A stretch of 64,000 bases of DNA from Diplonema japonicum (lineage: Eukaryota; Protista; Euglenozoa: Diplonemea), in the NCBI GenBank assembly GCA_964019335.1, contig OZ025734.1, positions 1 through 64,000 of the forward strand, given 5' to 3'. Under the pieces are notes generated by a model, which was not told the DNA's origin, searched no databases, and saw nothing but the letters and a program-made list of their open reading frames with translations. The position numbers and the translations under genes are program-made. Below, in pieces: positions 9,554 through 20,827 of this stretch (position 1 is its first letter; each line of letters opens with the position of its first letter).

Positions 9554-10978
9554 TTACTCATAAAGACTCAACCTCGATACCAAGTGTACTCTGCAACCTT
9601 TCCACCGGAAGGTCACAATGCCTTTGTAAGCAGTGCGCGGTATGTTGTCTTTAAAATCCGTCATCAGACCAAAAGACTCTGCCAATGCTTTGTACTCCCT
9701 GTTCGTGGTGTAGTATATCTTGTACTCGGCCTCGTCTTCGACTTCCTCGGCGCTCCTCACGGTCGTGGCGCTGTTCACCAGGTCGTCAAGCCATTCGTTG
9801 TACTTTTCCTTCGTGTAGAAGTCTGTCTTAAGCTTGCTCTGCCAATCGATACTCTGCTTCTCTAACTTCATGTGGCTTAAGTACTCCCTGCAAAACTGCC
9901 CTTTGCTAACACCGCCTTCGCACCACATGAAGGTCCTTGGTATCTCCGGGCGTAGGCATGCCCTCCCTTTTCGGTGCTTCGGCTGCCGCAGCCAATCGTC
10001 CCAAAAACCCTGCGGCCATGTTGAGGAAAACTCTTCCCAGAAGGACCTAGCGAACATCCACCCCAACCCTGGGAAGAAGTCGGTCCTGTACAAGGCCGTC
10101 GAGGACTTCACGAGCTCTGCCTTCCCGTTGTCGTTCCACCCTGACACGCACCATAGCGTGTCGTCTTCGTCCAGAAGGGGCGAGGTCGCCTTCATATACG
10201 AGAAGAAGTCGCTAGCAACTTCGAGGTCCTCCTCCAGGATGATAACCTTGTCATACGCAGCTATGCTCATGATCTCGCTGATGGCCCATCCATAGTGGTG
10301 TGCTATGGCGTAATACGGCTCAAAGTGGAGGCGCTTCTCCTTTGGGGTAGCCCCTGTGTCATTCCGCTCGTGAGTCAGATGGATCACGTTGCTGAAGCTG
10401 TCGATGCTTTCTGTCACCTGCGGGAAGTCGGTGCCGTCCTGGCTGGCGAACACCCGGAACGACTTGTCACCGTCAATCACGTCCAAGACACGGGCCATAG
10501 CCTTCTTGAACAGGGCGTCCCTTTTGTACACAAACATCACAACAGCAATGGTGCCTTGCTTATCTTGCTCCAGCTCATCGCGCATCCCCAACTCATCTAT
10601 CCCGATGCTCTTGCCTTTCTTATGCTTTTTACTCCTCTTCTTCTTCTTAGGTGCAGGTGTGGGTTCCGGTGTCTCTTCTTCCTCACTCCCTCCACTACTG
10701 TCGCTGTCCTCGAGCAGTTCGATGGCCTTCTTGCGTGGTTCAAGTTTCTTGTGTGTGTCGCCGTGTCCTCCTTCCAACGCTTCTAAGACCCTCTCCAGGT
10801 CGTCCTTGATGTGGCTGTTGTCTTTCAAGAGATGTTCAATATCATGCTGTTGCTTTCTGAGCATCTCCTGTACCGCAGGCTGGGTCTTCTGCCCTGGTGC
10901 ATACGCCCATATGAAGGTGATCCACACGAGGAGCACCGCAAGCCAGACGATACTAATGCGCGGCGCCAGCAGCATCAT
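9554..10978 (-). CDS. MGAT1: Alpha-1,3-mannosyl-glycoprotein beta-1,2-N-acetylglucosaminyltransferase I (GT13)
   Basis: Type II TM + stem; SQDG, YYAIAHHYGWA, IILEEDLEVASDFFSY, CVSGWNDNG, YRTDFFPGLGWM, FWDDWLR, RPEIPRT, GVSKGQF. Confidence 0.93.
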   Translation of the reverse strand: MMLLAPRISIVWLAVLLVWITFIWAYAPGQKTQPAVQEMLRKQQHDIEHLLKDNSHIKDDLERVLEALEGGHGDTHKKLEPRKKAIELLEDSDSSGGSEEEETPEPTPAPKKKKRSKKHKKGKSIGIDELGMRDELEQDKQGTIAVVMFVYKRDALFKKAMARVLDVIDGDKSFRVFASQDGTDFPQVTESIDSFSNVIHLTHERNDTGATPKEKRLHFEPYYAIAHHYGWAISEIMSIAAYDKVIILEEDLEVASDFFSYMKATSPLLDEDDTLWCVSGWNDNGKAELVKSSTALYRTDFFPGLGWMFARSFWEEFSSTWPQGFWDDWLRQPKHRKGRACLRPEIPRTFMWCEGGVSKGQFCREYLSHMKLEKQSIDWQSKLKTDFYTKEKYNEWLDDLVNSATTVRSAEEVEDEAEYKIYYTTNREYKALAESFGLMTDFKDNIPRTAYKGIVTFRWKGCRVHLVSRLSLYE

Positions 10979-11750
10979 GTTCCTGTGTATCTATGGTCAC
11001 CACCAAGCAGCATGATAATACAATATGTCTAAACTGAACTGAAGGAGAAAAGTGATCAAACCTTGGCTTTTTACCCTCGCGTTGGTGTACAAAAAAAGTT
11101 AAAAGATTTCGAGGCGTGCAGCGCTTATCACTTGTATCGAATTAAGACAGCAAGCTGACCGATGATTTACTAACGCGAGAACACCAAATCGGATCAAAGG
11201 AGCTAAGGGCAATTGAAAGGGGAAAAAACACCAAAAGAAAAACCGTTGAGACAATTACAAAAAGAAAAAAGAGAAGAACTTCGATGAGACGGCAAGGTTC
11301 CCAAGCGACTCTCAAAAAAAGTAAATAAAATGGGGGTTAAAGAAGATGCAAATCATACCTGTAGAAGTTAGGATGTACCCCAATGCTACCTCTACATTTT
11401 TAAGCAATGAAAACAATTGTTCAAGTCAAAAAGAAAATGAATGAATAAACTGAAGAGATTTGAGATTAAAGCCATCGAAATCAAACTGCTGGATAAAAAA
11501 ATTAATCGAAAAGTGGTTTCCTGCAGTTGAGAAGAGAAAAAGGGGAGCTGTCTGTTGTTGTGCGCGCTGGTGTAGAAGAAACCTGGGTTTAAAAGCACGT
11601 GTTCAACGTCCCTTTTTTTTTGCTCAGAGACAACGACTTGCTCTTAAAAAAAGAAGAAAAAAGGGGGGGAAAGGCCACCAAACTCAGACCGAAGGTAACC
11701 TCGTTGCCAAAAAAATAAAAGAAAAAGAATGGAAGAAGAAGTGACTTTCT

Positions 11751-12905
11751 TTAATTCAGTGTAAGTATTTTGTGTTTCGGGCAGGAGTGTGGCTCTACGA
11801 CTATCGTGCAGCCCCCACTGGGGAGGGGCACGGGCTCCCCGTCTATCTGCAGGCGCATGGAATCCAGATCAGTCTCGGCAGACACGGCGATCTCGATCTT
11901 GCCCCCTTGACCCACTTTCTTCGAGGACCTGAGGCCCCCCTGCGCCAGACCCATGTGGAAGCTACCGAAGTAACCGCACACCTCAAGCTTGCTGTCGTTA
12001 AACTTCTGAGGCGTGTACTCCTTCGACTTGGAAGGCTTCCACACCCGCATCCCGGCGGCAAAAGAGTCAATGTTTGCCAGGATAATGTTCTTCAGCTCTT
12101 TAATACGTGCCTGGTCCACTTCCTTCCCGTCAACGGTGATCTTGATCTTGTTCTTCACAGCAGGCGACCCGCACAACGCAGCGCACCCGAACTTAGTGTA
12201 CCACACCTTGTTCCCTGTCCTTGTCTTGCACAGGCCCGGGTTCTCTCTTCTGAATTTGTCGAATTTGTAGGCTATGGTGGCATCGAACCCTATGCTCAAG
12301 TAGTTATTCATGACGCCTTGCTGGATGTCCATCACTTTTCCGTGTCTGTCTATTACTTTCACATGCCACCTGTCCAGTTCCGACTCCTTGCCCGCCTGCA
12401 CGTCGCCTATGATGTCACGGATGTGTTCTCTCTTGCAGCAGCAGCAGCACTTTTCTCTCACAAACCCCGGGCCGAACCCCAGGCTTCTGCTGAGGTCGTT
12501 GCCTGTCCCCATAGGGATCATCGCCACATGTGGCTTCTCTCTGTCCGGCTTGTCTTCGAAGTAGGTGTCGATGAGCTGCATTCCCCATGCTACCGTCCCA
12601 TCGCCACCTGCGATGATGACCTTTCCTCCGCCCTTTACGTCCTTCAGCCTGTCCAACAGCACCCCCAGCATGGGGTCCGGTGAAGCACCTTCCCAATCTT
12701 CTTTGTTAGTGAACGCATCTTTGGGTTTCAGCTTGCTGTCCTTTGGATCCGTCTTGTGTTTGATGTAGTCCATGAGGTTCATCACCATGTTACCTCCCAG
12801 CTCCTCCCGCAGTTGTTCTTCAAGAAACCCAGCTGCTGCCCGCTCGCCGCTTGACGAGTTGGTGATGGCCACTGTAGACCTCTTGAGAGCGTGCGGAGAA
12901 GGCAT
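11751..12905 (-). CDS. Diacylglycerol kinase (catalytic + accessory domains only)
   Basis: IAGGDGTVAW, PMGTGNDLSRSLGFG, LDRW, NNYLSIGFDA, QIDGEP. Confidence 0.9.
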   Translation of the reverse strand: MPSPHALKRSTVAITNSSSGERAAAGFLEEQLREELGGNMVMNLMDYIKHKTDPKDSKLKPKDAFTNKEDWEGASPDPMLGVLLDRLKDVKGGGKVIIAGGDGTVAWGMQLIDTYFEDKPDREKPHVAMIPMGTGNDLSRSLGFGPGFVREKCCCCCKREHIRDIIGDVQAGKESELDRWHVKVIDRHGKVMDIQQGVMNNYLSIGFDATIAYKFDKFRRENPGLCKTRTGNKVWYTKFGCAALCGSPAVKNKIKITVDGKEVDQARIKELKNIILANIDSFAAGMRVWKPSKSKEYTPQKFNDSKLEVCGYFGSFHMGLAQGGLRSSKKVGQGGKIEIAVSAETDLDSMRLQIDGEPVPLPSGGCTIVVEPHSCPKHKILTLN

Positions 12906-13008
12906 GTTTCGAAAACTTGTATAAATGGTACCTTACCCCTACCTGTGAAGCGCTTTTAGAAAAAGAAGAAAGACAATTGAGCATAATCCGTTTAAAAGAA
13001 ACGTACGT

Positions 13009-13872
13009 TTAAATAGGCCAGAATTCGGAATGGCCTGACTTGACATCGTAAGCGCTGTTCCAGAACATCCACTCCATCTTAGAAGCAGTCACGTAAGCGT
13101 CGACCATGCGCTGCTGAATCACCGGCGAGGCGTTCTGAGCTGCTTTCTCGACGATGGCGAGCATCTTGTTAACGGAGTCACTGAACCCATCGCCCGAGTA
13201 CTCCATGATCCACTCGTCAAAGTACTTCACGGGCGACGGGCCTTGGCTGCGACGTTGCTCGAGGAGGTTCTTCCCAACGTGAAGGTAAATCCAGAAGCAG
13301 GGGGTAAAAGCTGCCAGGCCTTCTTCCCAAGGACGGTTGGCGGCGGTGTCGAGCAGGAAAGATGTGTAGGCCACATTGTTGCGCGACTTGCCATACTTAA
13401 GGACCTCTTGATCGCCCCATTCAGTCATCCACCTCTCGTGGTTCCCGGACTCAACTACTAGCGAAGACATGGCAAACTGCAGCAGTTGTAACGTGGCGTT
13501 GTACTCCGGTGGTGCCCTAATAGCCAGCAATGCAAGGCCCCTAGCATACTCCTGCAGGTACAGGCTATCCTGTCTAATATAAAACTGGAACGATGTCAAA
13601 GGCAGCTTCCCGTTGATAAGCCCCTGCAGAAAAGGGTGGCCATCGATCTTCGCTACAGTAGGTACCGAAGCATTCCAAAGCTTCCAACAAAATGGCGTGT
13701 TTTTCAAATCCGCCGGTTTGAGTGGCGGCACAACTTTCTCCTCCTCCACCTCATGACGTTCTCTCTTATTTGATGATGAAACGGCAGCGATAGACAGCAA
13801 GCAGTTCACACCCAGCAGAACTGTCATCACCACGATCAGCGCCGTCGGTGAATGCCTATTATTGAAGACCAT
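13009..13872 (-). CDS. tenA: TenA / thiaminase II family protein with N-terminal signal anchor
   Basis: HPFL..L..GKLP..FQFYIRQDSLYL.EYAR, AYTSFL, PCFWIY (catalytic Cys), WIMEYS, EWMFW; hydrophobic LIVVMTVLLGVNCLLSIAAV near the start. Confidence 0.88.
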   Translation of the reverse strand: MVFNNRHSPTALIVVMTVLLGVNCLLSIAAVSSSNKRERHEVEEEKVVPPLKPADLKNTPFCWKLWNASVPTVAKIDGHPFLQGLINGKLPLTSFQFYIRQDSLYLQEYARGLALLAIRAPPEYNATLQLLQFAMSSLVVESGNHERWMTEWGDQEVLKYGKSRNNVAYTSFLLDTAANRPWEEGLAAFTPCFWIYLHVGKNLLEQRRSQGPSPVKYFDEWIMEYSGDGFSDSVNKMLAIVEKAAQNASPVIQQRMVDAYVTASKMEWMFWNSAYDVKSGHSEFWPI

Positions 13873-14124
13873 TGTAATCCTGTGAATATCCTGCGTAGAC
13901 GGGCAACGACACAAAAATAAAATTTAAATAAAAAAGTTCAAAGCTATTCGTTTGCTGACACTGCATGTCAGGCAGCAGCACAGCCACCCAAAATCTGGTT
14001 ATGAAGAAGGAAATACGACGAACTCTTTCGGTATCACAGTTCGGGTACGTTAAGAGACGTTTGGAGGGGAAATGGGACACACCACACTTGCCCGCAAAGC
14101 GGGGGGAAATGGATCACAGACAAC

Positions 14125-15617
14125 CTAGAAGGGGGTACCCTCGAGGTAACGCTCGTAGAAGGAGAAGGCCGCCACGGGCTGGAAGGTGGGGACCATGTGG
14201 CCAGCAAGGCGAATGGTGATGAACGAGAAATCCTTGTCCCCGCTGGTAGGGGTGTAGGTGGTGGCGTACCCGGCGGGGATGCCCCCGTTGTGTGTGTACC
14301 ACGGGTGCCAAGCGGACTTCTTGTGAGCAACACCCTTGGCCACCATACCAGTGGTCCACTCCTCGTTGCCCTTGTAGGGGACACAGGCATCAGAGTCACC
14401 GTTGTAGATGAGCACCCTGATCTTCCCGATGAGGTGGGGGTACAGGGTCACGGAGGCAGGGCCAGTGGAGGAGTAGTGGAACTGGAGGCCGTTGGGCTTG
14501 TTCAGGTGGAGCGCCTGCTGCACATCGCTCCTCCTGAAGTACGACCCCATGGCGGCCATACCACCGCACGACCAGTCGTACCCGCCGCCCAGGGCGTTGA
14601 GCTCAGCCTTCGCAGAAGCGGTGTCGTGCATCTTGCTTCTGAGGAAGCTCTTGAGCCACCTTTGGCTCTTGCCGACCTTCTTGAGCCACTCGCCGTTCTG
14701 GGGACAGTTGTCGTAGATGTCGTAGATGTTGTAGGGGCCCACTTCTCTGTCCATTGTGTTCAGGGCCTGGCGGCACGCACCGGAGGCGGTGTGAGGGAAT
14801 GGGCAGTCCTTGTAGATCTGCTCGTAAGTCTTCTTTGACACAAGACCCTTCCCGTAGAACATGTCAACGTCGTTCTGCTCCTCGTTGGGACCATTGCAGT
14901 CCACCACGTTGGCAGATCCACCCCAGCAGCCGTTGCCGACAGCAATACCCTTGAAGTTGGAGAACAAGTTGTTCTCAACAATGTGGTAGGCGATGTTTGG
15001 GATGTACTGCCCTGCGTAGGACTCACCTACGAGGTACAGGTCGTTGCTCTGTGGTGGTGGTGGGTGGTGCTTGACGGGCATACCTTGTACTCGGAGAACT
15101 CGTTGAAGAAAACGCCAAGGGTCTTGGCGTAGGCAACTGCCTGGGACGTGTCGTTCCAGTAGCACGCGACAGGGGCACCGTTCCTGATGCACTCGGAGAA
15201 ACCAATAGGGTCGTTGGACCCGGCGGGGCTCTCCAAGTACAGCATGTTAGACACACGGTTCCACGCCTGGGAGTTGACGTACTGGCTGGAGCTGTTCAGC
15301 TGGAAGTACCCCATCTCGGTGTAGGCGCCATACAGCGAAGAACCACCGGGACCACCCTGGTGCCAAGCAGAGACGGGGTCCTTAGCAGGGTTCCTCTGCG
15401 ACTCGTGGAACTGGTAGTGGATCTTGAGCGAGTCGTATCCAGCAACAGGTCCAGGAACGTTCAGGTACCCGGAGTACACCTTGAAGGAGGACTTGGGGAA
15501 GCCAGGGAGCTGGTCAACAAGGTCAGCAGCAGGTGCAGCGGCGGCACTGTCGTGGATGTAAGGGAAGTAAAAAAAAGCATACCAAGCAACTAACCCAAGG
15601 AAGGCAGCAGCACGCAT
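14125..15617 (-). CDS. Serine carboxypeptidase (peptidase S10), secreted/lysosomal, 2 introns
   Basis: YSGYL, GGPGGSS, YLESPAG, GESYAGQYIP, GIAVGNG, IYNGDSDACVP, AGHMVP; introns 15547-15582 (36 nt) and 15049-15083 (35 nt). Confidence 0.93.
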
Positions 15618-15706
15618 CTTGATTTGTTTTAGCTGGAAATCTGAGTGCGCTCAAGAACACTTGTTTAAACGGAAACTCAAAAGAAAGAAATGTCTTGGAA
15701 AAGACA

Positions 15707-16666
15707 CTATTCGTCTTCTTCACAATCGGAGTCACTGTGGTTCCACAAGTCATCGATGTTGCCGTCCAGCACTTCGCCATCATACTGCGCGAGTGAGTCG
15801 ATCGCACCTGTGGGAAGAATCTGTGACGGCCGAAGCATACCTAACGGGAGCGGGGGAGGCTTGGTGAGGTTTTCATAACACGTTCGAAGAATAGTAGCTT
15901 GTTTGAGGGACCACTTCTTACTGTTAATCTCAACGCCTTTGGAGCAGTTGGGAACCAGTGGGGTGTTGAGCAAGGGTATGAAGTATCCCTTGATGCAAGT
16001 GTCGACGAGCTCTTTGTAAAGTGACAACTGGCTCTCGAACTCTTGTGATATTGTTCTCTCTGCACGCTTGAGTCTGTTGAGGTAGTTGGGGGGCACTGCC
16101 TGCCCTAGGCTTGACGGCCGAGTAAAGGACGTAGCTGTCATTGTAGCGTCACACTTGAACAACGTGAGCGACGGCACGTTGCTGTAGAGAGGATACACGC
16201 TCATCTTCAAAGGGAGCACTTTCGTAATACAAGAATCATCGAGCACCTTGCTGTCCCGTGCTATCTTCAACAGGTAGTTCGTGCCTTTGTACATGAAGGC
16301 AAAAGGTCGCGTAAGCAGCCTCCTCCACCGCACGACTCCCTCCACAACACTTAATGTCTTTTTCTGTAGCAGATAAAGAAGCCGCAGCATCTTCGTCTGT
16401 ACCTCAACCGGGGGTGAGCCCACTTCGAACAAGCACACATATTGACACACCTTGTCCAGTACTACTTCCCTCTGCCTTATACAATGCAGCACCTTTACAG
16501 TGAACCACTTGTGATCCTCCAAGAAGCGGACTAGCTTCTTCACCTTTTTCTTGCTCTCCTTTTTCATCACGTTATTCTCGAACATCATCCTGTCTAGCGT
16601 GGGGAGATTCGTCTCCCGTGCTAGGTGTTGAAACATTTTCTCCGGGCATGCATACGGCTTATGCAT
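15707..16666 (-). CDS. Hypothetical helical protein
   Basis: 319-aa ORF with conserved-looking VVEGVVRWR...FMYKGTNYLLKIARD segment. Confidence 0.65.
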   Translation of the reverse strand: MHKPYACPEKMFQHLARETNLPTLDRMMFENNVMKKESKKKVKKLVRFLEDHKWFTVKVLHCIRQREVVLDKVCQYVCLFEVGSPPVEVQTKMLRLLYLLQKKTLSVVEGVVRWRRLLTRPFAFMYKGTNYLLKIARDSKVLDDSCITKVLPLKMSVYPLYSNVPSLTLFKCDATMTATSFTRPSSLGQAVPPNYLNRLKRAERTISQEFESQLSLYKELVDTCIKGYFIPLLNTPLVPNCSKGVEINSKKWSLKQATILRTCYENLTKPPPLPLGMLRPSQILPTGAIDSLAQYDGEVLDGNIDDLWNHSDSDCEEDE

Positions 16667-16759
16667 GGTACCTGTTGTGGTTGTACTCAGTGAGATTGCC
16701 TGTGACTAGTAAACGAAAGGAACATATTAACAGCGGTATTGTTATGCACAGATAACTTC

Positions 16760-18661
16760 TCAGTTCCTGCGGTGCTTTTCCTTTCCCTTTTTCTTTGTGG
16801 TCGAACGGTCATCCTTGTTCAGCTGTCGTGCAAGCCTGGCTTCTGTCTGCTGTCGGAGCTCCTCCTGCGAGAAGGGTCGTTCGTCTTCACCATCTTCGAC
16901 GTAGTCATTGCCGAAGGAGTCCCCCGCTACAGGCAGCTTGCTCTCGACGGCCTTCGAAAGGTTTGTGCTTCCCATGGGAACGGAAGGCCCAACGCCTATG
17001 AACTGTGTCTTCCCAGAAGTCTGCTCAGCAGCCGTTTCGTCTCCCTGTTCATCATCCTCGTCCTCATCTTCGTCGGGTACGTCCTCCCCTTGCTCCCTTC
17101 GTGTCTGCTTCTCTTGTGCTTTCCTCTCCTTTGCCTGCTTCCTCTCTTCATCCTTCAGCTTGGCCTTACTTCGCTGCTCCGAAGCCTTCGCCATATTGTA
17201 TGCAGCCAGGATCTCATTCGTCCTCTCTTCGACCATCCCAAGGAACATCATCATGTTGCTCTCCGTGCACTCCGTAGTACCTGTCTCTGTCATGTGCTCT
17301 GCAGAACACCCGATCTTGTTAAAGATCTCAGAGATCATTACTTGCAAGTCCTCAATCTTCTTTTTGGCTTGTATCGTGCTGTCGTTTAGGCTCTCGGCCA
17401 TCCCCTCTGCTTTGGACAACTCGTCTTCCAGGTCTTTTAGTTGTTTCCACCTTGCAGGGTCGCCCTTCTCGATGTTCGTGAACTCTTTCAACTTCTCGAT
17501 GTCTTCTTCAAGCTTTTCGCTCTCGCCGTTTAGCTCATTCACAAAGTTGTACATCGAAAAGTTCTGCTCTTCCGCCTTCACAAACTTCTGGTGAAGCACT
17601 TCCATGTCCTGGATGCCGGTTGCTTCCTTCAGCTGGTCGACGATCTCCTGGTAGTTCACGGTTCTTTGCTCTAGCTCCGGATCTTGCTCCTGCTTGCTCT
17701 TCTCGAGTTTCTTCTTCCTGGCGCTCCCGTCGTCCTCTTCCTCCTGTTTCGTTGCCGTCCTGTTCATGTGTCTTGTGTTCTTAATTGAGTCTTCTAAGTT
17801 CTTGTTCGCCTTCAGCATCAGGTCCAGTTCCTCGAAGTGCCTCTCATACTGCTGGATGTCCTGTGCGGCAGTGATGTGGTGTTGTGTGACATACCTTTTC
17901 GGCAGCCTCTCGCAAGTGCTTGAGCTCAACACCGGAGGCGTCTCTGTCCTCGTAGTACAGGTTCGACTTCTCGATGATTTCGGCCATCTGCTTCTTTTTT
18001 TCATGCAGCTCTTTTTCAAGCTTCTTGTAGATCCCGTCGAACACCACCTGTTGTGGCGGGTGTTGGAAGTGCTCCGCGTTTTGTATGCATACCCTCTCTC
18101 TTCTCAAGTTGTCGATTTGCTCGCGAAGGTCTTTGTTGTAGCTGAGTGCCTCGTTGAACTTCACCAATGCTTGGTCCAGCCTGTTCTCCAACACCTTGAT
18201 CTGCTTATCAACAATCTGGTGGTTCTCCTGCGTCGCGTTGATGCCGCCCATGGTCTTTGATCGGTCCCTCCTTTTATCGGCCAGCAAGGCTTTGTACTCG
18301 CACACCTTTGCGTCGTACTCACGCACCCTGCGCATGTCGAAGTCGATCTTCCTCTGGATCGTGTCGTACTGCTCTTCCCTTTGGCTGAGTTCCATCTGCA
18401 GTTTCGTGCTGAACCCTGACCCTCCCTCCGCAGTCTTCAAATCGTCACGCAGCTTCTTATTTTCCTTCTTCAAGGCGTTCACGGTCTCCATCTGCTTCTG
18501 CATCATGCTCTTCGCATCTCCTGCGTACGAGCGGCGGTTGCCCTGCAAAAGTATATTTTTGCTGAGCACCGAAAGCATACCTCAAGCAGCCGCATCCTTT
18601 TCGTAAGATCCTTCTGCTCCTTGTCGCCATCAGAAGCCATTTCTTCGTACTGCAGTGACAT
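16760..18661 (-). CDS. Outer dynein arm docking complex subunit (DC2/CCDC114-like), 3 introns
   Basis: IKVLENRLDQALVKFNEALSYNKDLREQIDNLRRER, FVKAEEQNFSMYNFVNELN, NMMMFLGMVEERTNEIL; introns 18543-18580, 18048-18092, 17861-17894. Confidence 0.85.
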
Positions 18662-18704
18662 TCGTTTTGTGACGGGATGAAAAAAATACAACTCAAAACG
18701 AAAA

Positions 18705-20747
18705 TTAAGTACAAACACCAAGGGTATCAAATAAGTAATCACAATGCTCTCTTTGAGCATGTCTAAAAATGGTCACAGGCAGCAGCATCGATGCGTGTGA
18801 CGCGCGTTGCAAAAACTTTGCTTTCGAAGAAAGCTCGGTCAAAATTAAAAACGTCCCCTTAGCGCACGTCACCATGTAGTCGTCGCTACACAGAGTGTCT
18901 TTGCTGATGGGTGACTCTTGCCATTGGTTGTCCACCCACCTGTGCATTCGCGGTACGCACAGGATCTCGCGTTCCCTTTGCTGTTCTTCCTCGAAATGCT
19001 TATGGAAAGACAAGCAGTTGTTCTCAGACAGCAGTGTCAAGAAGTCGCTCGACTCGGCACCCTCGTTTTCCACTATTACGACGTCGGAGCCAAACGCTAC
19101 TTCCTGCAGAGCAGCTGTCCGTAGCCACACACTTGACGCACGACCCTGCCACACGTAGGCCGTTCGATGCACGTGCAACAGGAGCACGCTCTGAGTTTCC
19201 AAGCATGCTTTACTCCTCTCTACTTCCACGACCTTGACGTACACCCCTACAGGCAGCAGCTTCATGAGATATGGCCTCTCCGTTGACATCCTTGTAACCA
19301 TCCGTTGACCACTCATCATCAGCAGTGCTAACAACCGTGCGGGCTCCGCTCCTTCCTGCACCACGTGCCACGTGGACTGCTCCACAGTCTTGTCTAGCTG
19401 CTCGGCTTTTAAAGAGGTCGCCAACTTGGCATCCTGGGTCGTGTACCTGCCGTGCCAAAGGTAAATGTCTAAATGTGCGCCTTCATTGAAGAACAAGATG
19501 TACGAGTACTGCGACATCAGAACACCGCTGACATCTTCGAAGTCGTCGCTGCGCCATGCGGGCACGAGGGCGTGTGCTTTGGGCGATGGCACAGATGACT
19601 CGTCAGACAACCTTCCCCTGGGGGTGATGATGGGTGCTTTAGGGGTGTCAGGGGGCGAGGAAGGCGTCGTGACAGACAAGACAACAGTGGGACAATATTG
19701 TGGCGGTGGCGGTGTGTATTCTGTTGCGTAGATGGGTGTATGTGGTACTTGGAGTGGGGCTGCTGGGGCTGGTGCTTGGGGTGGAACAGGGACCGGAAGC
19801 GGCACCTGAGTTGGAATTGGAACCTGTGGGGACTGGAGTGGGGCCTTCGGCGCAGTAAGCGGCAACGCTGCAGAGTAGACAGGACTAGAGGGCGGCAAAG
19901 TATTGTTTTGAGACAGACCACTTGGACTGGCATGTGTCCTGTCTTGACAGTTGCTTTCCTCATACTCCTCGCAGTCCTGAAAATCCACCTGCTCGCTCAA
20001 GGTATCGTGTTGTTCTGCAATAGACACCTCTTGAATATGCCTATTAGGGCTCGTGGTGTGTTCCCACTCCACTGTGTCTTTGTATCTGTCGATGGACCTC
20101 GTGTAGTCATAGAGAGCAGAACGCAGCTCAAACGCCTCTGCACTCCTCTTATCCACCTCCCGATACAAGAGTTCGATCTGCTGCTTTAAAACATCTACAT
20201 TCTGTTGCTCTCGCTGCTGCGGCTTCGATGTGAAGAACGAAGTCATATAAGATGTGACACCCGACAGCAGCGAGGGCTTCTCTTTCATATTGGCGACTTC
20301 TTTTTTCAGCTCATTGATCGTGGCGTAGAGCTTCTGCAACTCCGTACCCCTCTTCTTATCCTCTCGTATCTGAAGCACCTCGTCCTCAGCAACAGTGATT
20401 ATCGCGAGAGCACCTATCACAAGACTAGCACGTAGGCCTGGACGGCGCCTAGGTGCAGGTTGGGTATAAGGTTCAAGCGGATGGAAAATCTGCATGAAAT
20501 GCTCTTGTAGAGGGGGTGCGGCTACAGAACGAACAATTATGGGTGGGGAGTAAATTGGAGGGGAAAGCGGACGCGTGCTTTGGGGTGCTGGATACGGCGG
20601 GGACAGGATGCTCCTGGTGGGGGACTGGTTCCTTGGTGACGGCAGTCGAGGAGACTGCAGTCTGGCCAGCTTATCGCTTGGAACAGGTGCATTAGATACT
20701 CTGATCGGGGCAGCAAGGGGAACGTCACGTGAGTCGCTGGTGTACAT
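18705..20747 (-). CDS. Pro-rich/coiled-coil protein with C-terminal gelsolin/villin-like repeats
   Basis: YSYIL..IYLWHGR, VQEGAEPARL, VEVERSKACLETQSVLLL..AYVWQGRASS, ENEGAESSDF. Confidence 0.72.
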   Translation of the reverse strand: MYTSDSRDVPLAAPIRVSNAPVPSDKLARLQSPRLPSPRNQSPTRSILSPPYPAPQSTRPLSPPIYSPPIIVRSVAAPPLQEHFMQIFHPLEPYTQPAPRRRPGLRASLVIGALAIITVAEDEVLQIREDKKRGTELQKLYATINELKKEVANMKEKPSLLSGVTSYMTSFFTSKPQQREQQNVDVLKQQIELLYREVDKRSAEAFELRSALYDYTRSIDRYKDTVEWEHTTSPNRHIQEVSIAEQHDTLSEQVDFQDCEEYEESNCQDRTHASPSGLSQNNTLPPSSPVYSAALPLTAPKAPLQSPQVPIPTQVPLPVPVPPQAPAPAAPLQVPHTPIYATEYTPPPPQYCPTVVLSVTTPSSPPDTPKAPIITPRGRLSDESSVPSPKAHALVPAWRSDDFEDVSGVLMSQYSYILFFNEGAHLDIYLWHGRYTTQDAKLATSLKAEQLDKTVEQSTWHVVQEGAEPARLLALLMMSGQRMVTRMSTERPYLMKLLPVGVYVKVVEVERSKACLETQSVLLLHVHRTAYVWQGRASSVWLRTAALQEVAFGSDVVIVENEGAESSDFLTLLSENNCLSFHKHFEEEQQREREILCVPRMHRWVDNQWQESPISKDTLCSDDYMVTCAKGTFLILTELSSKAKFLQRASHASMLLPVTIFRHAQREHCDYLFDTLGVCT

Positions 20748-20827
20748 ATCTCATTCCTGAAAAGTTGTGTATATAAAATTCACAATGTAGTTTTATAACT
20801 GAATAGCATAAGCCACAGCACTCCACT

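Noticed and set aside
11030-11750. Hidden small gene or ncRNA between GnT-I and DAG kinase
   Set aside because: U-rich on the sense strand with no coherent exon chain; most simply the DGK 3' UTR
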